From Candidatus Fervidifonticultor sextus (lineage in GTDB: Bacteria; Sysuimicrobiota; Sysuimicrobiia; Sysuimicrobiales; Humicultoraceae): a stretch of DNA of 28,286 bases. Positions 25,692-28,286 of this stretch are shown one piece after another. Every line of letters starts with the position of its first letter. Positions within the stretch are counted from its first letter, which is position 1. The notes under the pieces were generated by a model that did not search any database, was not told where the DNA came from, and saw only the letters and a program-made list of their open reading frames with translations. The stretch spans positions 1 through 28,286 of the forward strand of contig JAVKHQ010000034.1 in assembly GCA_031459875.1 (NCBI GenBank), read 5' to 3'. Both the position numbers and the translations under genes were made by a program.

Positions 25692-27068
25692 ATGGACCGC
25701 ATGACCCTGCTCTCGCCCACCGGGCACCTCGGCTTCACGCCCATCGAGCCTGGCAGTTTCCACGCCGGCGCGGCGCGCCGCCCGGACGCCTACGTGGCCG
25801 ACTCCGGCAGTTGCGATATCGGCCCCTACCCGCTGGGCGCCGATGCCCAGCACAGCCCGGTGGAGTGGCAGCGCCACGACCTGGCATTGATGCTGGTGGC
25901 CGCCCGGCAGCATCGTGTCCCGATGATCATCGGGTCGGCCTCGGATACCGGGACCAATCGCGGTGTGGATCTGTTCGTGCGCCTGGTCGAGGAGATTGCG
26001 CGGGCGCACCGCCTGGCGCCCTTCCGCGTGGCCGCCATCTACGCGGAGGTCTCACGCGACGCGCTGCTGGCCCGGCTGCGCCGGATGACCGTCCAGGGTC
26101 TGGGCGGCCGGGCCGACCTGACGCCCGAGGTCGTGGAACGCACCGACCACATCGTGGCCATGATGGGGGTCGAGCCCATCGTCCGTGCGCTTGAGGCCGG
26201 CGCCGAGGTGGTGATCTGCGGCCGCTCCTGCGACGACGCCATCTTCGCCGCCCCGCCGCTGCAGGCGGGGTTCCCCAAGGCGCTGGCGTTCCACCTGGGG
26301 AAGGTGCTGGAATGCGCGTCGCTATGCGCCGAGCCCTTCATGGCCAAGGAGACGGTGCTCGGGACCATCACCCAGGAAGCGGTGGAGTTCGAGCCGATGC
26401 ATCCGGACCAGCGCTGCACGCCGGCCTCGGTGATCAGCCACAGCATGTACGAGCGGGAGGATCCCTACACGCATGCGGTCCCGGGCGGCGTCCTCGACCT
26501 GCGCCACTGCCACTATGAGGCCGTGGATACCCGCCGGACGCGGGTGACCGGGGCGCGCTGGATTCCAGCGCCGGCCTACACCGTCAAACTGGAAGGGGCC
26601 GGCCGCGTGGGATCCCGCGCCTTTGCCTTCGCGGCGCTGCGCGACCCCCACGCCATCGGGCTCGTGGACCAGATGGAGCGATGGGCCCGGGCCAAGGTGG
26701 AGGAACGATACGGGCCGCCCGGCGCGGGCCGCTACGAACTGTTCTTCCGCGTCTACGGCCGAGACGGCGTGCTGGGCCCCCGGGAGCCCCATCCGGAGGC
26801 GACGGGCCGCGAGGTCGCCCTGATGATCGAGGTGGTGGCGCCGACCGACGACGAAGCGCAGATCATCGCGGCGTTGGCCCAGCGCAACTTCTTCTTCGCC
26901 CGGTTTCCCGGGCTGCGGGGCACGGCCGGCACCGCGGCCCTTCCGGTGGACGAGGTCTTTCTGGGGCGCCCCGCCTACTCCTGGACGATCAACCACCTCC
27001 TCACCCTGGAGGACCCGTGCGAGTTGTTCCCGATGCGCGTCGTGGATATCGGCGCTCGGGTGCCCTGA
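25692..27068 (+). CDS. AtuA-like (acyclic terpene utilisation / DUF1446-related) protein
   Basis: AGGAGG SD; LSPTGHLGF, DSGSCDIGPYPLG, IIGSA, VAMMGVEP, GRSCDDAIFAA, HLGKVLECAS, HSMYEREDP, YTVKLEGA, YSWTINHLL. Confidence 0.85.
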   Translation: MDRMTLLSPTGHLGFTPIEPGSFHAGAARRPDAYVADSGSCDIGPYPLGADAQHSPVEWQRHDLALMLVAARQHRVPMIIGSASDTGTNRGVDLFVRLVEEIARAHRLAPFRVAAIYAEVSRDALLARLRRMTVQGLGGRADLTPEVVERTDHIVAMMGVEPIVRALEAGAEVVICGRSCDDAIFAAPPLQAGFPKALAFHLGKVLECASLCAEPFMAKETVLGTITQEAVEFEPMHPDQRCTPASVISHSMYEREDPYTHAVPGGVLDLRHCHYEAVDTRRTRVTGARWIPAPAYTVKLEGAGRVGSRAFAFAALRDPHAIGLVDQMERWARAKVEERYGPPGAGRYELFFRVYGRDGVLGPREPHPEATGREVALMIEVVAPTDDEAQIIAALAQRNFFFARFPGLRGTAGTAALPVDEVFLGRPAYSWTINHLLTLEDPCELFPMRVVDIGARVP

Positions 27069-27084
27069 GTCAGGGAGCCCCGCG

Positions 27085-27396
27085 ATGCCCCGGTTATTCG
27101 ACCTGGCCAGCACGATCCGGAGCAAGAACGCCGGTGTGGACCACGTGACCTTCGACGTCATCTTCACCGATCACGCCGCCTACACCCGGGCCCGGGCCAG
27201 CGGCGCCCTGACGCGGGAGACGGTGGCCCGGCTCTACCGCGTCGCACCGGAGGACGTCACCCACTTCGTGTACGTGGATGCGGCGCCGGCACTCAAGTTC
27301 ACGCTGCGGCGCCCGCGCCCCAGCGGCGACCCGGGCGAGACGGACGTCTTCGGCTCGCAGCAGTACCCGCCGCTGTTCGACGTCGAGATCCCCTGA
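27085..27396 (+). CDS. DUF4387 domain-containing protein
   Basis: LASTIRSKNAG, TFDVIF, LKFTLRRP, GETDVFGSQQYPPL; the usual small partner of this AtuA-like family. Confidence 0.88.
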   Translation: MPRLFDLASTIRSKNAGVDHVTFDVIFTDHAAYTRARASGALTRETVARLYRVAPEDVTHFVYVDAAPALKFTLRRPRPSGDPGETDVFGSQQYPPLFDVEIP

Positions 27397-27447
27397 CGGC
27401 AGGCCCGGGCGTCCGTGCCGGCCCGATGGACCGGGCGTCCCGGCGCC

Positions 27448-27476
27448 TTGACCCGTTCCGTAAGGCGTGGTGTACT
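27448..27476 (+). promoter_or_regulatory. Sigma70-type promoter TTGACC-N17-TGTACT with extended -10 TG
   Basis: TTGACC 27448-27453, TG at 27468-27469, TGTACT 27471-27476; inverted repeat CGCCTT/AAGGCG (27444-27467) overlaps the -35. Confidence 0.5.
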
Positions 27477-27513
27477 TGAGTGTAGACAGCCGGCCGACGA
27501 CCTCCTGGAGTTG

Positions 27514-27795
27514 ATGCTGGCCGAGTCGCTGGCCGACCGCCACAAGGCACTGGCCGGCGAGACCCGCCTGCGGATCCTGCGCCTGCTGGCCGGCCGGGAG
27601 ATGTACCTGCAGGAACTCGCCAGGGCGCCGGGCCTCTCGCACGTCACGGTGCTGCACCACATCGCCCTCCTGCGGGCGGCCCGGCTGGTGCCGATCGTCG
27701 AACGCGGGAACGCCAAGTACTACCGCCTCCGGGCAGACCGTGCGCGGGACGCGGCCGCCCTCTGGCAGGAGTTCGCGCGCCCACAGGAGGGGTGA
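27514..27795 (+). CDS. ArsR/SmtB family winged-helix regulator
   Basis: KALAGETRLRILRLL...LQELA...LSHVTVLHHIALLRAARLV...GNAKYYRL; start uncertain (ATG 27514 after GGAG). Confidence 0.8.
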   Translation: MLAESLADRHKALAGETRLRILRLLAGREMYLQELARAPGLSHVTVLHHIALLRAARLVPIVERGNAKYYRLRADRARDAAALWQEFARPQEG

Positions 27796-27801
27796 AGTTC
27801 C

Positions 27802-28023
27802 ATGGACCGCCGTCCCCCGACCCTCGACCGTGAGATCCTGACCGTGGAACAGGCGGCGGATTTGTTGCAGGTTCACAAGATCACGATCTACCGGTACATC
27901 CGCGAGGGCCGGCTGCCGGCGGTGCGGCTCGGGAAGATGTACCGGCTCTTCAGCAGAGACGTCGAGGTCTGCCTCCGGGCGATGCGCCACCATCCCGAGG
28001 AGACGCCCTCCGGCAGGCGATGA
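27802..28023 (+). CDS. Excisionase-family (HTH_17) DNA-binding protein
   Basis: AGGAGG SD; ILTVEQAADLLQVHKITIYRYIREGRLPAVRLGKMYRL. Confidence 0.9.
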   Translation: MDRRPPTLDREILTVEQAADLLQVHKITIYRYIREGRLPAVRLGKMYRLFSRDVEVCLRAMRHHPEETPSGRR

Positions 28024-28286
28024 CGCTGGCCGGGCTCTCCACGGCCCAGACCTTCAGCGCGCTGCGGCATCCCTTCTACCGGCGGTTCTGGTGGGGCGGG
28101 CTGGTCTCCCTCACCGGCTCGTGGATCCAGATCACCGCCCAGCAGTGGCTCGTCTACGACCTCACCGGCTCGGCTCTCATGCTGGGGACCGTGACGTTTG
28201 CCAACACCGTCCCCACCATGCTGCTGACCCTGTTCGGCGGCGCCGTCGCCGACCGTTCGGAGAAACGCCACCTGCTGATCGGGACA
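28020..28286 (+). CDS. MFS transporter (MFS_3/EntS-like), 5' part only
   Basis: Translated by hand: MTLAGLSTAQTFSALRHPFYRRFWWGGLVSLTGSWIQITAQQWLVYDLTGSALMLG...FGGAVADRSEKR; ATGA overlap with the HTH gene; runs off the window. Confidence 0.9.
   Translation, partial: MTLAGLSTAQTFSALRHPFYRRFWWGGLVSLTGSWIQITAQQWLVYDLTGSALMLGTVTFANTVPTMLLTLFGGAVADRSEKRHLLIGT

Noticed and set aside
27802..28023. Excisionase-like gene as evidence of a prophage or ICE
   Set aside because: No integrase, att site or phage genes; it is coupled to an MFS gene, so a regulatory role is more likely.

Overview
High-GC (roughly 70% by eye), gene-dense bacterial chromosomal segment. It is probably from a diderm: it carries gmhA, a CsgG-family protein and soluble non-lipoprotein binding proteins. 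The gene style suggests an Armatimonadota/CSP1-3-like lineage, which is inference only. No rRNA, tRNA, CRISPR array, integrase or transposase was seen. Left to right: (1) a minus-strand envelope operon encoding a FlgT_N/CsgG multidomain protein, a small membrane protein, a secreted TPR protein and a secreted alginate-lyase-family protein that runs off the left edge and is missing from the ORF track; (2) HU, a membrane protein, a YbaK-family deacylase and two orphan ORFs; (3) a degenerate PrsW-like protein, a TPR-like protein, ccmH and a metallophosphoesterase; (4) an S9 peptidase and a PduO-type adenosyltransferase; (5) gmhA and a D-threonine-aldolase-like PLP enzyme, divergent from an AfuABC/FbpABC-type ABC transporter followed by a second S9 peptidase; (6) a GntR/UTRA-led operon with a family-5 solute-binding protein, DppB/DppC permeases (no ATPase), a PuuD-like C26 hydrolase, an AtuA-like protein and DUF4387; (7) ArsR, an excisionase-type HTH protein and a partial MFS gene. 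The strongest observation is that the family-5 solute-binding protein (21469-23016) is a clean natural circular permutation of the DppA/OppA fold, inside an uncharacterised catabolic operon that has a visible tandem operator. A recurring SigH-like promoter motif (AGGR-N17/18-GAAY) also precedes five transcription units.
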